From positions 64,001-128,000 of the forward strand of contig CAVUDP010000002.1 in the NCBI GenBank assembly GCA_963740315.1: a stretch of 64,000 bases of DNA, in the 5' to 3' direction. Shown here in pieces: positions 20,604-33,280 of the stretch; positions within the stretch are counted from its first letter, which is position 1, and the number at the start of each line of letters is the position of its first letter. The notes beneath the pieces are model-generated. The model was not told the DNA's origin and made no database searches. It saw only the letters and a program-made list of their open reading frames with translations. The DNA comes from an uncultured cyanobacterium (GTDB lineage: Bacteria; Cyanobacteriota; Cyanobacteriia; Cyanobacteriales; Nostocaceae). A program made the translations under genes and the position numbers.

Positions 20604-21569
20604 ATGAATATTCAACGTTGGATTGCAAGGCGAGAATCAAACTGGCAACGCTTGGATTCTTTGTTGAGACAAATAGAAAAAAAAGGTTTAAAGTCCCTCG
20701 GAGCTAAGGAAATCCGAGAATTAGCAAGTTTATATCGTTCTGTTGCCGCAGATTTAGCCCGCGCCCGCACCCAAAATTTGGGTAATACTCTGACACAAAA
20801 TTTACAAAGTTTAACAACTCGTGCTTATACGCAAGTTTATCAAGGCTCGCGACGGCAAGAATGGTTGGGAGCAGTAAAATTTTACCGTTGGGGATTACCT
20901 GCGATAGTACGGCAGACTTCTCCCTATATCGCCTTAGCAACCGCTTTATTTCTGTTAGGGGGATTAGTGGCTTGGTGGTATGCTTGGCAAGACCCAACCT
21001 TTATGTCTTTAATAGTACCTCCAGGAATCATTTCTAAAGTTCGCGACGATGGAGAATTATGGATGGGTTCGATTGTCGGCGTTGAACCTTTAGCATCTTC
21101 AGGAATTACAATCAATAATTTGAGAGTGTCTTTTGGTGCGGTTGCAGGTGGAATTACCGCCGGAGCATTCACAGTTTACTTAATGGTATTTAATGGTTTA
21201 TTAATTGGTGCGGTTGCAACTTTAGTAGGTCAAAATAATTTAGCTTATCCTTTTTGGGCGTTTGTGCTTCCACATGGTTCCTTAGAATTACCTGCGATCT
21301 TTCTGGCTGGAGGTGCGGGATTATTAATTGGTAAAGCAATATTATTCCCCGGAAAATATCGTCGATTGGATGCAATCAAAGTTCATGGTTCTCAAGCAGT
21401 ACAGTTGGTATTTGGGATTGTACCGATGTTAATAATTGCCGGAATTATAGAAGGTTTTTTCTCTCCTAATCCCAGCATTCCAGATCCCATTAAATATTTA
21501 ACAGGGTTAGGTTTATTCGTACTTTTAATTATGTACTTCTCTCAGAAATCAATTATCAATGAACAATGA
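20604..21569 (+). CDS. SpoIIM family (DUF95) membrane protein
   Basis: LYRSVAADLARAR, NNLRV, LPHGSLEL, AGIIEGF. Confidence 0.9.
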   Translation: MNIQRWIARRESNWQRLDSLLRQIEKKGLKSLGAKEIRELASLYRSVAADLARARTQNLGNTLTQNLQSLTTRAYTQVYQGSRRQEWLGAVKFYRWGLPAIVRQTSPYIALATALFLLGGLVAWWYAWQDPTFMSLIVPPGIISKVRDDGELWMGSIVGVEPLASSGITINNLRVSFGAVAGGITAGAFTVYLMVFNGLLIGAVATLVGQNNLAYPFWAFVLPHGSLELPAIFLAGGAGLLIGKAILFPGKYRRLDAIKVHGSQAVQLVFGIVPMLIIAGIIEGFFSPNPSIPDPIKYLTGLGLFVLLIMYFSQKSIINEQ

Positions 21570-21793
21570 ATTTTAGATTTTAGATTTTAAGAAACATAGG
21601 GAGTGGGGAGTAGAAAGTAGGGAGTAGAGAAAATGTGTTTATTTCATTCGCTTTTAAGGAGATATAGCACTACGTTTTCGGGTTAGGACGTTTTTCCGTT
21701 CCCTGTTCCCTTGTAAGCAAAATGTGATATCTATCATGTATCCGGTAGTGCTATACAAGCTACAAAATCCAAAATCTAAAATCCAAAATTGAT

Positions 21794-22567
<774 letters not shown>

Positions 22568-22689
22568 TCAATATAATTTCATCATTTAAACCCGCTAAAT
22601 ATAATAGGCTGATTCGTACCTATGATTTACGCTAATTTTGTTGTAGGCACTACGATAAAACTGCACTCACTAAAAAACGGGCTTGTTAT

Positions 22690-23008
22690 ATGTCTACTAA
22701 AAAGGAATTCCACAGCTTTGAGGAAATGTTATCTGGTGCTGATGTACCAGTATTAGTCGATTTTTACGCAGACTGGTGCGGACCATTGCCAAATGATGGC
22801 ACCAATTTTAAATCAAGTTAATTCCCAACTCCAAGGAAAAATAAGAGTTGTAAAAATTGACACCGAAAAATATCCGGCATTGGCTTCTCAGTATGAAATT
22901 TATGCTCTACCTACGTTGGTATTGTTTAAGCAGGGTAAGCCAGTAGATAAAATTGAAGGTGTAATGCAAGCACCGCAATTGGTTCAACACTTGCAACAGT
23001 TTATGTAA
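22690..23008 (+). pseudogene. trxA: thioredoxin with +1 frameshift inside the WCGPC motif (pseudogene or sequencing error)
   Basis: ATG 22690 reads MSTKKEF...VDFYADWCGP. An extra T at 22786-22787 shifts CQMMAPIL...LPTLVLFK into another frame. Confidence 0.85.
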
Positions 23009-23049
23009 TAACCTCCGCATAAATTGTATTTGAAGAAGGAAATTAGTAA

Positions 23050-23460
23050 ATGGAAATTACAACCAAAAAACAAGCACTGCTTAAAGCAATTCACGAGCGA
23101 CTAAAGGAATCTTATGAAGATACTTTAGAAGATGTCTTAGTTTTAGATACTCGTGCATCTGAAGACATTGAAGACATTAAAGCTATGCGAGAAAGTCGGG
23201 AAGATATAAAAAGGAATGGTGTCTCTTGGGAGCAAGTAAATAAATATCAAGTCGAATTATCTAGTAGTCCTTTTCATTAATTCCGACGGGTTGTAGAGAC
23301 GTAGCACTGCTACGTCTCCCCACATTTAGGAAAAAACAAACCCATCAAATTTAATGCAATAGACTGCTAATAGCGATCGAGTATTGTACGATATTTTTGA
23401 CGATGTTTTATTAGTCAACAAAATAGTCATTTCTAAAAGAAGCGCCAATCCTGCAAATAA
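23050..23460 (+). pseudogene. decayed RelB/RelE-like toxin-antitoxin pair interrupted by a MITE-like element
   Basis: Antitoxin-like ...REDIKRNGVSWEQV runs into a RelE-like start KYQVELS. After the insertion the sequence reads RVLYDIFDDVLLV, resembling a RelE C-terminus. Confidence 0.55.
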
Positions 23461-23672
23461 TCTTTCTTCTCAACGAAAACGCAATCAGCCATTAGTAGTT
23501 AAATTGTATAAACTTTAGATTTTATTGGTAATTGGTAATTGGTGGTGCGTTACGGCATTATGATAATTGTTAATTTCTAAGATAGTTATTCAAGCCGTAA
23601 CACACCCTACAAAATTATTTTTGTAAATTTTATTAATTAATTAATAACTGTTCACTGCTCACTGCTAACTGC

Positions 23673-24593
23673 TCACTGTCTCCTCACATTCAAACAACAC
23701 CATTCTTTTCGCTTCCACAAAGTAGCAACCACCCAGCCATTCTTTTCTAAAACATCGGTAACGGCGTTGGATTGTTCTAATAAAATGCCGCTGAAAATAG
23801 CCCAAGTTGTGGGTTTAGCGATCGCGCTCATGCCAGGAAGTATTTCGATGATGATGTCAGCTAAAATATTGCAGACAATACCATCTACTGGTTCTGTAAC
23901 GAGTTGCTGCATTGCTTCTACACTCCCCTGGGCTACCGTCAAACGTTCGGTGGCAATCCCGTTGATGTCGCGGTTTTCTATAGTTGAACTTATTGCTAAT
24001 GGATCGGTATCTACTGCGTAGGCTTTTTTCGCTCCTAAGAGTAATGCTCCGATAGAAAGGATACCAGAACCGCAGCCAATGTCCGCAATTACCACATCAT
24101 GTTTTTTCTCTGCGGTGCCGACAAAAGACTCTGGTATGTCGCTAAAGCGCATTTCCAGCGATTCCAAACAAAGTTGAGTTGTCGCGTGAGCGCCAGTACC
24201 AAAAGCTACACCGGGGTCAAGCTTTAAAATTATCCGTTCGGTGCTTTCCGGAGCCGGTATCCAAGAAGGATTGATTAAAAAGCGATCGCCAATTTCTTGA
24301 GGTTCCCAATGTTTTTTCCAGCTACTAGACCAATCTTCTTCGTCTATAAGTTTCCACTGCAACGAAGGTAAAGAAGTTTCCAAGCAAAGAGCATCTTGAC
24401 GCAGCCATAACGATAGCGCAGCTAAATCTAGTAGATGCGCTTGTGATTGCGGTAAGTAAGCTTGTACTGAAATCACGTTACCTTTTTTTTGACTGGCGGT
24501 TCCCCGACAGCCAAATTCTCCAAGTCGCCAAAAGACCGAATCTTCGATCTCTGGAGAGCATAAAATTTGTAGTTCCCACCAAGTTTTTGTCAT
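23673..24593 (-). CDS. prmA: 50S ribosomal protein L11 methyltransferase
   Basis: [38 protein letters not shown]. Confidence 0.95.
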   Translation of the reverse strand: MTKTWWELQILCSPEIEDSVFWRLGEFGCRGTASQKKGNVISVQAYLPQSQAHLLDLAALSLWLRQDALCLETSLPSLQWKLIDEEDWSSSWKKHWEPQEIGDRFLINPSWIPAPESTERIILKLDPGVAFGTGAHATTQLCLESLEMRFSDIPESFVGTAEKKHDVVIADIGCGSGILSIGALLLGAKKAYAVDTDPLAISSTIENRDINGIATERLTVAQGSVEAMQQLVTEPVDGIVCNILADIIIEILPGMSAIAKPTTWAIFSGILLEQSNAVTDVLEKNGWVVATLWKRKEWCCLNVRRQ

Positions 24594-24672
24594 CGGATTT
24601 TAGATTTTAGATTTTAGATTTTAGATTCCAGGAACAATAATCCAAAATCCAAAATCCAAAATTCAAAATTGA

Positions 24673-26253
24673 TTAAAGGGTTACTGTATATGCATCTCGA
24701 ATGCCTGAGACTTTGGTAATCTCTTTCAAGATTCCGTCTGGTAATGGATCGTCGATACTTATAACCATTACTGCATCACCGCGAACGATTTTACGTCCTA
24801 CTTGCATACTGGCAATATTAACGTTAAAGCTGCCGAGTAAGGAACCAATTTTACCGATAATTCCGGGCATATCGCGGTGTACGGTAAATAGCATATAACG
24901 ATTTGGTGGTACGTTGATGGGAAAACTATCAAGACTAGTAATCCGAATTTCTCCACCACCTAACAAAGCACCCGTTACCGAATGAGTTCCTAAGTTACCA
25001 GTTGCTTCTAAATGCAAAGATCCGGCGTAATCTTTAACCGAATCATCCCGCGTTTCGATGACGCGAATTCCTCTTTCTTTTGCTTCAATATTGGCGTTTA
25101 CATAATTCACCCGTTCGCGCAAAGCTTGGTAAAGCAATCCTTTGAGGGAAGCGATCACTAAAGGTTGACTCTTGTTTGTTGCGAGTTCTCCTTGCAGGCT
25201 GACGTTAAGTGTTTCTACTCTACCACCGGCAAGCTGTCCTACCAAGTTACCCAGTGTTTCTGCTAGCTCCATATAAGGTTTGAGTTCTTCCAAGACATTA
25301 GGATTAAGTCCGGGAATGTTTACCGCAGAGCGTGCTGGCAATCCTAATAATACATCGCGAATTTGTTCGGCTACGTCAATGGCAACGTTTACCTGTGCTT
25401 CGGCGGTGGATGCTCCTAAATGCGGTGTAAGCACAACTTCTTTGCCTAAAGCTTTTAAGGGAGACTCACCCAAAGGTTCTGATTCGTAAACATCCAACGC
25501 CGCGCCCTTGATTTTACCTTCTTTAAGGGCTGCTGCTAAAGCGTCCTCATCAATGATTCCACCGCGAGCGCAGTTGATAATCCGAGCGTTGGGTTTCATC
25601 TTCGCCAACATTTCGGTGTTAATTAAATGAGTGGTTTCTGGAGTTTTGGGAATATGCAGCGTAATGTAATCGGCTTGCCTTACTAGTAAATCCATATCTA
25701 CCAACTGAACGCCCATTTGTTCCGCTCTTTCGTTGGAAATAAAAGGATCGAAAGCCAGTAATTTCATTCCCATTGCTTTGGCAACGTTAGCAACGTGAGA
25801 ACCGATTTTACCTAAACCGACAATCCCCAAAGTTTTTTTGTAAACTTCAGTGCCGACAAAACTTTTGCGGTTCCATTCGCCGGATTTCACCGAAGCATTG
25901 GCATCGGCGATATTGCGAGACATAGCCATCATCATCGCTAAAGCGTGTTCGGCGGCGGCAATGGTATTACCTTCTGGGGAATTTACTACTACAATTCCTC
26001 GGCGAGTGGCTGCGGGTACATCTACATTATCAACACCCACACCCGCACGACCGATAATTTTCAGATTTGTGGCTGCCTCAATTACGGATTGAGTAACGCG
26101 AGTACCCGAACGAATCATCAGCGCATCATATTCACCAATGACTTGCACTAATTCTTCCGGCTTTAAATTTAATTTGACATCAACGCTAGCAACTTGGGAA
26201 AGGATATCAATCCCTGCCTGGTCAATTGAATCGGAAACTAGAACCTTAGACAT
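24673..26253 (-). CDS. serA: D-3-phosphoglycerate dehydrogenase
   Basis: GRAGVGVDNVD, GLGKIG, INCARG, TPHLGAST; C-terminal ACT domain HRDMPGIIG. Confidence 0.97.
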   Translation of the reverse strand: MSKVLVSDSIDQAGIDILSQVASVDVKLNLKPEELVQVIGEYDALMIRSGTRVTQSVIEAATNLKIIGRAGVGVDNVDVPAATRRGIVVVNSPEGNTIAAAEHALAMMMAMSRNIADANASVKSGEWNRKSFVGTEVYKKTLGIVGLGKIGSHVANVAKAMGMKLLAFDPFISNERAEQMGVQLVDMDLLVRQADYITLHIPKTPETTHLINTEMLAKMKPNARIINCARGGIIDEDALAAALKEGKIKGAALDVYESEPLGESPLKALGKEVVLTPHLGASTAEAQVNVAIDVAEQIRDVLLGLPARSAVNIPGLNPNVLEELKPYMELAETLGNLVGQLAGGRVETLNVSLQGELATNKSQPLVIASLKGLLYQALRERVNYVNANIEAKERGIRVIETRDDSVKDYAGSLHLEATGNLGTHSVTGALLGGGEIRITSLDSFPINVPPNRYMLFTVHRDMPGIIGKIGSLLGSFNVNIASMQVGRKIVRGDAVMVISIDDPLPDGILKEITKVSGIRDAYTVTL

Positions 26254-27073
26254 AACAGAAATATTTTAAAGCTAATAAGTGTTTATAGAGGAAACTGCAT
26301 TGTCTTAAACTCAAACGAACGGCGATTCATATATAAATTACTATTTTCAATATCCCATGATAATGACACGCAGACCTATAGTTTGACGCAAAGAAAAATT
26401 TCCACTGGCGCTATGTGGCGTTTTCCTCATACGTTAACTATGCCGTCCGAAAGGGGTAGATATAATCCACCAATAACACGAATAGCGTTTACAATTCATC
26501 TATTTATTAAAAATTCAGAAAGTCCAAAATATTGTTCAAAATGTTTTATGTAAAAGAGTTTACTGTCTGGAATTAAGTTACTGTACTGCATTTTAATAAA
26601 AATAACGAGCGATCGTATAATTTCAAACTTAGATGTAAATGTAAATTAATTGTAAAAAAAGCAAATTACGATTATACAAGTCCGGTATATGGAAGATACT
26701 ATTGTACTTTCTATAAAATATGTCAATATTATTACTAAATAAAATCAGAAAGTTGTTTTAATATTTTTACTTTGAATTATCTGCTCCCTATTAGCGAGCT
26801 TTTCGGCTACCTACCAGCGAGCTTTTTGGCTACCTACCAGCGAGCAAGATGCTCGCACTACTTGTAGCGTCACGCACCAACAATCTGTGACAATATCGGA
26901 AGTCCTATTTTTAATAATTCTAATGGGAGCAACAGGACTTAGGATTGCTAACTACCAGCGAGCAAGATGCGAACACTACTGTTTTATTTTTTAAAAAGTC
27001 TAATTTTTTTCAAATAACTTAGGATTGCTATATTCTCAACTCCTAATTCCTAACTCCTAACTCCCAACTTTTT

Positions 27074-27841
27074 TCAAAACTTCCCTTCTCGAACTTCTTT
27101 ACTAAACTCATCTACAGCTTGAGTAATTGTCTCGCGTAAATTTGTATAAATGCGGGCAAATGGAGGTTGTTTTTCAGAAAGTCCGAGTAAATCGGAAGTC
27201 ACCAAAACCTGTCCGTCGCACTGAGAACCCGCGCCAATACCAATAGTAGGAATGCTAATTTTTTGAGTAATTTCTAATGCTAAATCTGCGGGAATATGCT
27301 CTAAAACTATCGAAAAAACACCCGCTTGTTCCAAGGCGATCGCCTCTTGCAAAATCTTGTTGCGTGACTCTTCTGTCTTACCTTGTTGCCGCAAACCGAT
27401 TTGATTTACTGACTGTGGAGTTAAACCAACGTGCCCCATTACCGGAATTCCCGCACGTACCAAACGAGAAATAGTATCTATCATTTCCGGATATGCGCCT
27501 TCTAACTTTACAGCCGTAGCTCCTGTTTCTTTTAATACCCTACCCGCCGAATGCATCGCTTGTGTAACGCTTTCTTGATAAGTCATGAATGGTAAATCGA
27601 CTACCATCAAAGCTTGCTTCACCCCGCGTCTGACAGCTTTAGCGTGGTATAGCATTTCTTCAAGGGAAATCGGCAGCGTATTTTGATAACCCAAAACCCC
27701 AGCCATCGAGTCACCAACCAAAATTAAATCGACTCCACTATCATCCAATAACTGAGCAATCAGATAATCCCAAGCAGTCAACACCACAATAGGGCGCTGC
27801 TGCTGTTTGTATTGAATTAACTTTTGGATAGTAATAGGCAT
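27074..27841 (-). CDS. panB: 3-methyl-2-oxobutanoate hydroxymethyltransferase
   Basis: [29 protein letters not shown]. Confidence 0.96.
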   Translation of the reverse strand: MPITIQKLIQYKQQQRPIVVLTAWDYLIAQLLDDSGVDLILVGDSMAGVLGYQNTLPISLEEMLYHAKAVRRGVKQALMVVDLPFMTYQESVTQAMHSAGRVLKETGATAVKLEGAYPEMIDTISRLVRAGIPVMGHVGLTPQSVNQIGLRQQGKTEESRNKILQEAIALEQAGVFSIVLEHIPADLALEITQKISIPTIGIGAGSQCDGQVLVTSDLLGLSEKQPPFARIYTNLRETITQAVDEFSKEVREGKF

Positions 27842-28017
27842 TTCAATTTTGGATTTTGGATTTTGGATTTTGGATTAGGTATGGGGCATGGGGCATGGGG
27901 CATTGGAAGTTAAGAGTGAGGAGTTAGGAGTTAGGAGTTAATAATTATCTTTCCCCATCTCCCCATCCCCCCATCCCCCCATCCCCCCATCCCCCCATCT
28001 CCCCCTCTCCCCATCTC

Positions 28018-29115
28018 CTACTGCACTGCGCGAGTAAATGCCAGATGCGCTTTTGCTCTTTCCATTTTGGGCATTAGCCAAGCTAAACCTTCACTGGTAC
28101 CAATCCATAGTTTATTGCCAACGTCGGGAGCAATAGAAATAATTCTACTCGAAGGAAGTCCGGCAACTTCATCTAATACCGCTCCCGTATATGGATTTAA
28201 TCGTAACAAACCGTTATCGGTACCAACCCAAACGCTCTTATCATTAGCAAAACTTATAGATGTCACATTGCGTCCGCGCAAACGAGTTACAGAACGTAAT
28301 ATTGCACCAGTTTTCGGGTTGATAACTAGTAGGTTATTTGGTGTTCCCGCCCAAATTAATCCTAAAGAGTCAATGGCTAATGTTTGTACGGTGGTACCCG
28401 GCAACTCTTTAATATGCTGCATTACAACAGAAGAAGCGGTGTTAACTCGCACTAAACCATCCAAAGTTCCCACCCAAAGATGCCCGCTCGCGTCCATTGT
28501 CATAGCGTTTGCACTGACACCGGGAAGTTTTTTTAAGGTGGTCATAATTAATCCTTCATCGGGACTAATCAAAGCCAAACCGTTATCAGTACCCGCCCAA
28601 ACATAACCGCGTTTATCAACTTGTAAAGATAATACTCTTTTGGAAGGTAAAAATAAATTCTGGGCTGTAATTTCATTACTGCGGGGATCTACTCGCTTCA
28701 ATCCTTCATAACTTCCCACCCATAAGCGTCCAACTTTATCTTGCACCATTGCCCCAATAGCGCGACTTGGCAAACTAACGCGAGCTAAAATTTCACCCGT
28801 GTGGGGATTAATTCGCGTTAAACCTCGTCCGTAACCTACCCAAAGATTCCCCGTGTAGTCTGGCTGCAAAGCTTTGACACGAAAATCGGTTTCTTGGCTA
28901 TTTTCTATCCGTCGTCTTTGCTCTGGTAAAGGCTGTCTGCGCGGTGGTGGTGGTACAGCAGGATAAGCCGGGGTTACTTCCGATGGCTTGACGCGAAGAA
29001 GTTTCTGCGCCCAAACGCGATCGCTAAAACCCGAAAATGCTACTAAACCGAGTATTGAAGAACAAACTATTAAACTAGTACGCTGACTAAAAAACACCAC
29101 GATGATAATTTTCAC
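28018..29115 (-). CDS. secreted beta-propeller protein (two-component regulator propeller-type repeats)
   Basis: Signal-like N-terminus and about seven D..G.LW[VIA]G[TSY]..GL repeats. Confidence 0.8.
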   Translation of the reverse strand: MKIIIVVFFSQRTSLIVCSSILGLVAFSGFSDRVWAQKLLRVKPSEVTPAYPAVPPPPRRQPLPEQRRRIENSQETDFRVKALQPDYTGNLWVGYGRGLTRINPHTGEILARVSLPSRAIGAMVQDKVGRLWVGSYEGLKRVDPRSNEITAQNLFLPSKRVLSLQVDKRGYVWAGTDNGLALISPDEGLIMTTLKKLPGVSANAMTMDASGHLWVGTLDGLVRVNTASSVVMQHIKELPGTTVQTLAIDSLGLIWAGTPNNLLVINPKTGAILRSVTRLRGRNVTSISFANDKSVWVGTDNGLLRLNPYTGAVLDEVAGLPSSRIISIAPDVGNKLWIGTSEGLAWLMPKMERAKAHLAFTRAVQ

Positions 29116-29558
29116 GAAAACAACTAATTACAGTGTTCCCCTTTAGCAGTTAACAGTTAACAGTGAGCAGTAATCAGTAATCAGTTACCAGTTACCAGTT
29201 ACCAGTTACCAGTCAGGAGTTATAAATTCTACCCCCTCTACCCCCTCTACCCCCTCTCCCCCCTCTCCCCCATCTCCCCATCTCCCCAAAGGTTACTGAG
29301 CTTGTCGAAGTACTCCCCATCTCCCCAAAGGTTACTGAGCAGTTCGACGTAGCTCACTGTAAGACTTGTCGAAGTACTCCCCATCTCCCCATTTCCCCAT
29401 CTCCCCCCTCTCCCCTCTCCATGCAAAAAAAAAATCAATATTATAACGACACTTCTGTAAAGTCTTCTTAATAAAAAGTTAAAATATATGTGATATAAGA
29501 AATTCAAATATAAAAGTTAAAAAGAATCAAATAATAACCAGTCGAATTCTTGATATAT

Positions 29559-29574
29559 TGTGAGACAGGCTACA
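29559..29574 (+). promoter_or_regulatory. putative NtcA site TGTGAGACAGGCTACA next to a -10-like TATATT upstream of rbcL
   Basis: TGT-N10-ACA / GTG-N8-TAC. Resembles the NtcA repressor site I recall at the Anabaena rbcL promoter. Confidence 0.55.
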
Positions 29575-29895
29575 GATTGCTTAGTACAGAGTTTTAGCTT
29601 TCGCTCTTATCGTTAAGTGGTAAGCGGGAGAAAGTTTAAAGGAGTAGGAAGAACAGATAAAGAAAGTTTTTTTGATTGGCTTGGAGTTTGAAAGGGGACA
29701 AAGAATTAAGGGAAACTCGAATCGTGTTTCTACAAGTTTTTCTTTGTTTTGGTAGACAAAAATCCCTTGGATTATACGCAAGCTCTAGCAAAAGTTGTTC
29801 GTCTTTCCTGTAAAAAGGAAGGCATTTCTGTGATTTAAATTTCTGCTGTCGTGCAATTTGTAAGCAAAAAGATTGACTTTTAGGATTGGATAAAT

Positions 29896-31326
29896 ATGTC
29901 TTACTCTCAAACGAGAACTCAGTCTAAATCAGGGTATGAAGCTGGGGTAAAAGATTATAGATTAACTTATTACACCCCAGACTACACTCCAAAAGATACA
30001 GACCTTTTGGCAGCTTTCCGGATGACTCCTCAACCCGGAGTACCTCCAGAAGAAGCTGGTGCTGCTGTAGCTGCTGAATCTTCTACAGGTACCTGGACAA
30101 CTGTATGGACTGACTTGCTTACCGACCTAGATCGCTACAAAGGTCGTTGTTATGATATCGAGCCAGTTCGCGGTGAAGATAATCAGTACATCTGTTATGT
30201 AGCTTATCCTCTGGATTTGTTTGAAGAAGGTTCTGTTACCAACGTTTTGACCTCGATTGTAGGTAACGTATTTGGTTTCAAAGCTTTAAGAGCGCTACGT
30301 TTGGAAGATTTACGCATACCTGTTGCTTATCTAAAGACTTTCCAAGGACCTCCTCACGGTATCCAGGTAGAGCGCGATAAGTTGAACAAGTATGGTCGTC
30401 CTTTGTTGGGTTGTACCATTAAGCCTAAATTAGGTTTATCCGCTAAGAACTACGGACGCGCTGTATACGAGTGTTTGCGCGGTGGTTTGGACTTCACCAA
30501 AGATGACGAAAACATCAACTCGGCACCTTTCCAAAGATGGCGCGATCGCTTTACTTTCGTTGCGGATGCTATCTATAAAGCACAAGCAGAAACCGGCGAA
30601 ATCAAAGGTCATTACCTCAACGTAACTGCACCTACTTGCGAGCAAATGCTCCAACGGGCTGAGTATGCGAAAGAACTCAAGATGCCCATCATCATGCATG
30701 ACTACCTGACAGCAGGTTTCACTGCAAACACAACCTTGGCTCACTGGTGTCGCGCTAACGGTGTATTGCTGCACATCCACAGAGCTATGCACGCAGTAAT
30801 TGACCGTCAAAAGAATCACGGTATTCACTTCCGCGTATTAGCTAAAGCATTACGTATGTCTGGTGGCGACCACATCCACACAGGTACTGTGGTTGGTAAA
30901 CTTGAAGGCGAACGCGGTATTACAATGGGTTTTGTTGACCTATTGCGTGAAAACTACGTTGAGCAAGACAAGTCTCGCGGTATTTACTTTACTCAAGATT
31001 GGGCTTCCATGCCCGGTGTAATGGCAGTTGCTTCTGGTGGTATCCACGTATGGCATATGCCCGCACTATTAGAAATCTTTGGCGATGACTCCGTACTACA
31101 GTTTGGTGGTGGTACTTTGGGACACCCTTGGGGTAACGCTCCTGGTGCAACTGCAAACCGCGTAGCGTTAGAAGCTTGCGTTCAAGCACGTAACGAAGGA
31201 CGCAGCTTGGCTCGCGAAGGTAACGACATTATCCGCGAAGCTTGTAAATGGTCCCCCGAACTAGCAGCAGCTTGCGAACTTTGGAAAGAAATCAAGTTCG
31301 AGTTCGAGGCAATGGATACCGTCTAA
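29896..31326 (+). CDS. rbcL: RuBisCO large subunit, form IB
   Basis: [10 protein letters not shown] catalytic motif; 476 aa. Confidence 0.99.
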   Translation: MSYSQTRTQSKSGYEAGVKDYRLTYYTPDYTPKDTDLLAAFRMTPQPGVPPEEAGAAVAAESSTGTWTTVWTDLLTDLDRYKGRCYDIEPVRGEDNQYICYVAYPLDLFEEGSVTNVLTSIVGNVFGFKALRALRLEDLRIPVAYLKTFQGPPHGIQVERDKLNKYGRPLLGCTIKPKLGLSAKNYGRAVYECLRGGLDFTKDDENINSAPFQRWRDRFTFVADAIYKAQAETGEIKGHYLNVTAPTCEQMLQRAEYAKELKMPIIMHDYLTAGFTANTTLAHWCRANGVLLHIHRAMHAVIDRQKNHGIHFRVLAKALRMSGGDHIHTGTVVGKLEGERGITMGFVDLLRENYVEQDKSRGIYFTQDWASMPGVMAVASGGIHVWHMPALLEIFGDDSVLQFGGGTLGHPWGNAPGATANRVALEACVQARNEGRSLAREGNDIIREACKWSPELAAACELWKEIKFEFEAMDTV

Positions 31327-31430
31327 ATGTATTAGTTGTGAGTGTTTTGTTTTGAGTTTTGAGTTTAAAATCTACTTTAATTTAAAACTCAAAACTTATA
31401 ACTCATAATTATTATGGGCTGGGGTCAAGT

Positions 31431-31844
31431 ATGGATATAAAACAAATTGCCAAAGACACAGCCAAGATGCTGCAAAGCTACTTGACATATCAGGCAGTTA
31501 GAACGGTATCGGCTCAAATTAATGAAACTAATCCTTATGTTGCGGCTTGGCTGCATCGCTTTTCCACTAAGGAAAGAATCCAAAATGGGGAAGCGTACAT
31601 TGAGCAATTATTCTTAGAAAAGCCGGAATTGGCTTTAAGGATAATGACAGTCAGGCAGCACTTAGCGGAAGAAATGACTGAATTTTTGCCGGAAATGGTT
31701 AGCACTGGGATTACGCAAGCCAATATGAAACATCGTCGTCAGCATCTTGAGCGGATTACGCAATTAGATTTATCTAACCCCAGTACTCTAGAAGAACAGC
31801 CAACACCAGATAGTAGCTCGGACGATTCGAGCGAAAGCACTTAG
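31431..31844 (+). CDS. rbcX: RuBisCO assembly chaperone RbcX
   Basis: IAKDTAKMLQSYLTYQAVRTV; lies between rbcL and rbcS. Confidence 0.97.
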   Translation: MDIKQIAKDTAKMLQSYLTYQAVRTVSAQINETNPYVAAWLHRFSTKERIQNGEAYIEQLFLEKPELALRIMTVRQHLAEEMTEFLPEMVSTGITQANMKHRRQHLERITQLDLSNPSTLEEQPTPDSSSDDSSEST

Positions 31845-31962
31845 GAGTTACTAGTGTAGAGACGTAGCACTGCTACGTCTGTTAGGAGTTTTAATTAACA
31901 ACTAACAACTAACCACTATCAACTAACAACTATCAACTAACCACTAACAACTAATCAAAAAT

Positions 31963-32310
31963 ATGCAAACTTTACCAAAAGAGCGTCGGTACGAAACCCT
32001 TTCATACTTACCACCTTTAAATGACGCTCAAATCAGTCGTCAAATTCAATATATTTTAGACCAAGGTTATTTTCCTGCGATTGAATTTAACGAAATTTCC
32101 GAACCAACAGAAATGTATTGGACAATGTGGAAGTTACCTTTGTTCAATGCTAGAAGCCCACAAGAAGTATTAGCAGAAGTTCAAGGTTGTCGTTCTCAGT
32201 TTCCCACCTGCTTCATTCGTGTAGTTGGTTTCGACAACGTTAAGCAATGTCAAATTCTTAGCTTCATCGTACACAAGCCCAACCAAACTGGTGGCGGTTA
32301 CAGATACTAA
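31963..32310 (+). CDS. rbcS: RuBisCO small subunit
   Basis: [30 protein letters not shown]. Confidence 0.99.
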   Translation: MQTLPKERRYETLSYLPPLNDAQISRQIQYILDQGYFPAIEFNEISEPTEMYWTMWKLPLFNARSPQEVLAEVQGCRSQFPTCFIRVVGFDNVKQCQILSFIVHKPNQTGGGYRY

Positions 32311-32363
32311 GATTTGAATTTTAAAAGGTAGATATTTTCTTCTTTTAAGATACTTTCAATCTT

Positions 32364-32403
32364 TTCCCTTCCTGCTCAATGTAGGGAGGGAATTTTGGTT
32401 TTT
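32364..32403 (+). terminator. putative rbcLXS terminator
   Basis: Hairpin ttcccttcctgc/gtagggagggaa followed by a T-rich run. Confidence 0.65.
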
Positions 32404-32429
32404 ATGGTCTATTTTTGGACGGAGATGAA

Positions 32430-33245
32430 TTTGCGCGGGTGTGTTACGGCACGAAAAAATATTGATTAAACACTACTATTTAGATAACTAGAGTAACGCA
32501 CCATTAATTTTTGGTTGAAATGATGCGTTTTATATTAAATCCGTAGTAAGGTTCGTAGTAAGAGCTTTAGCTCTTTGCTATTGTTGAATGAAAATTAGCT
32601 AGCTAGTAGGTTGGGTTAGATACAATTACCAGCTTGATTTATAACCGAAATATATTAATAAGTAGAGTAACCCAACATCTATATTGTGAAAAAAGTATTA
32701 TTTTGAAATGTAGGGTGTGTTGTCGTGGAGCGCAACGCACCAATAATATTTATTATAAATTGCTAGACTTTGTTCTCATCCACCTGGGAATGCAATTAAG
32801 AGTCTAATAGCAGAAGTCCATTTTAATGGACTAAGGGAATTATGTGTAATATTGTTTATTTTCTTACACTAATTTAATTATATATTAATGTAATAAGTTG
32901 TAGGTTGGGTTAGACACGAAAATTCAATTTGATTTATAACGAGAAATTATATAAATCAATTAGAGTAACCCAACATCATGGCTGCGGACAAACGAAAATT
33001 ATCTTAAACAAAAATACAAGATATTTTTTAAGACTTGCAATCAGATGTTGGGTTACGGCACAAGATGAATTTTGGTATTAAAAATCAATATTATGAGTGT
33101 GCCGTGAAGCCAACCTACGAACTAACATTGCGATCGCCAACATTCAAAAATACCGCCGATAAGAAGTTGGGTTACGACACAACATGAATTCTGGTGTTGA
33201 AAATCAATGTTATAAGTGTGCCGTGAAGCCAACCTACGAACTAAG
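32430..33245. repeat. cluster of REP/REPIN-like elements (GTAGGTTGGGTTAG...TAACCCAAC, GTAGGGTGTGTT...AACGCACC and others)
   Basis: Several GTAG-headed inverted pairs. Near-duplicate units at about 33047-33124 and 33166-33244. Confidence 0.8.
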
Positions 33246-33280
33246 AAGTTAGAAGTGTTAAAAAATACTTTAAAACCCTC

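Noticed and set aside
26365..26460. c-di-GMP-I riboswitch (GACGCAAAG and CCGAAAGG words)
   Set aside because: The motifs are in the wrong order and on the strand opposite to serA.
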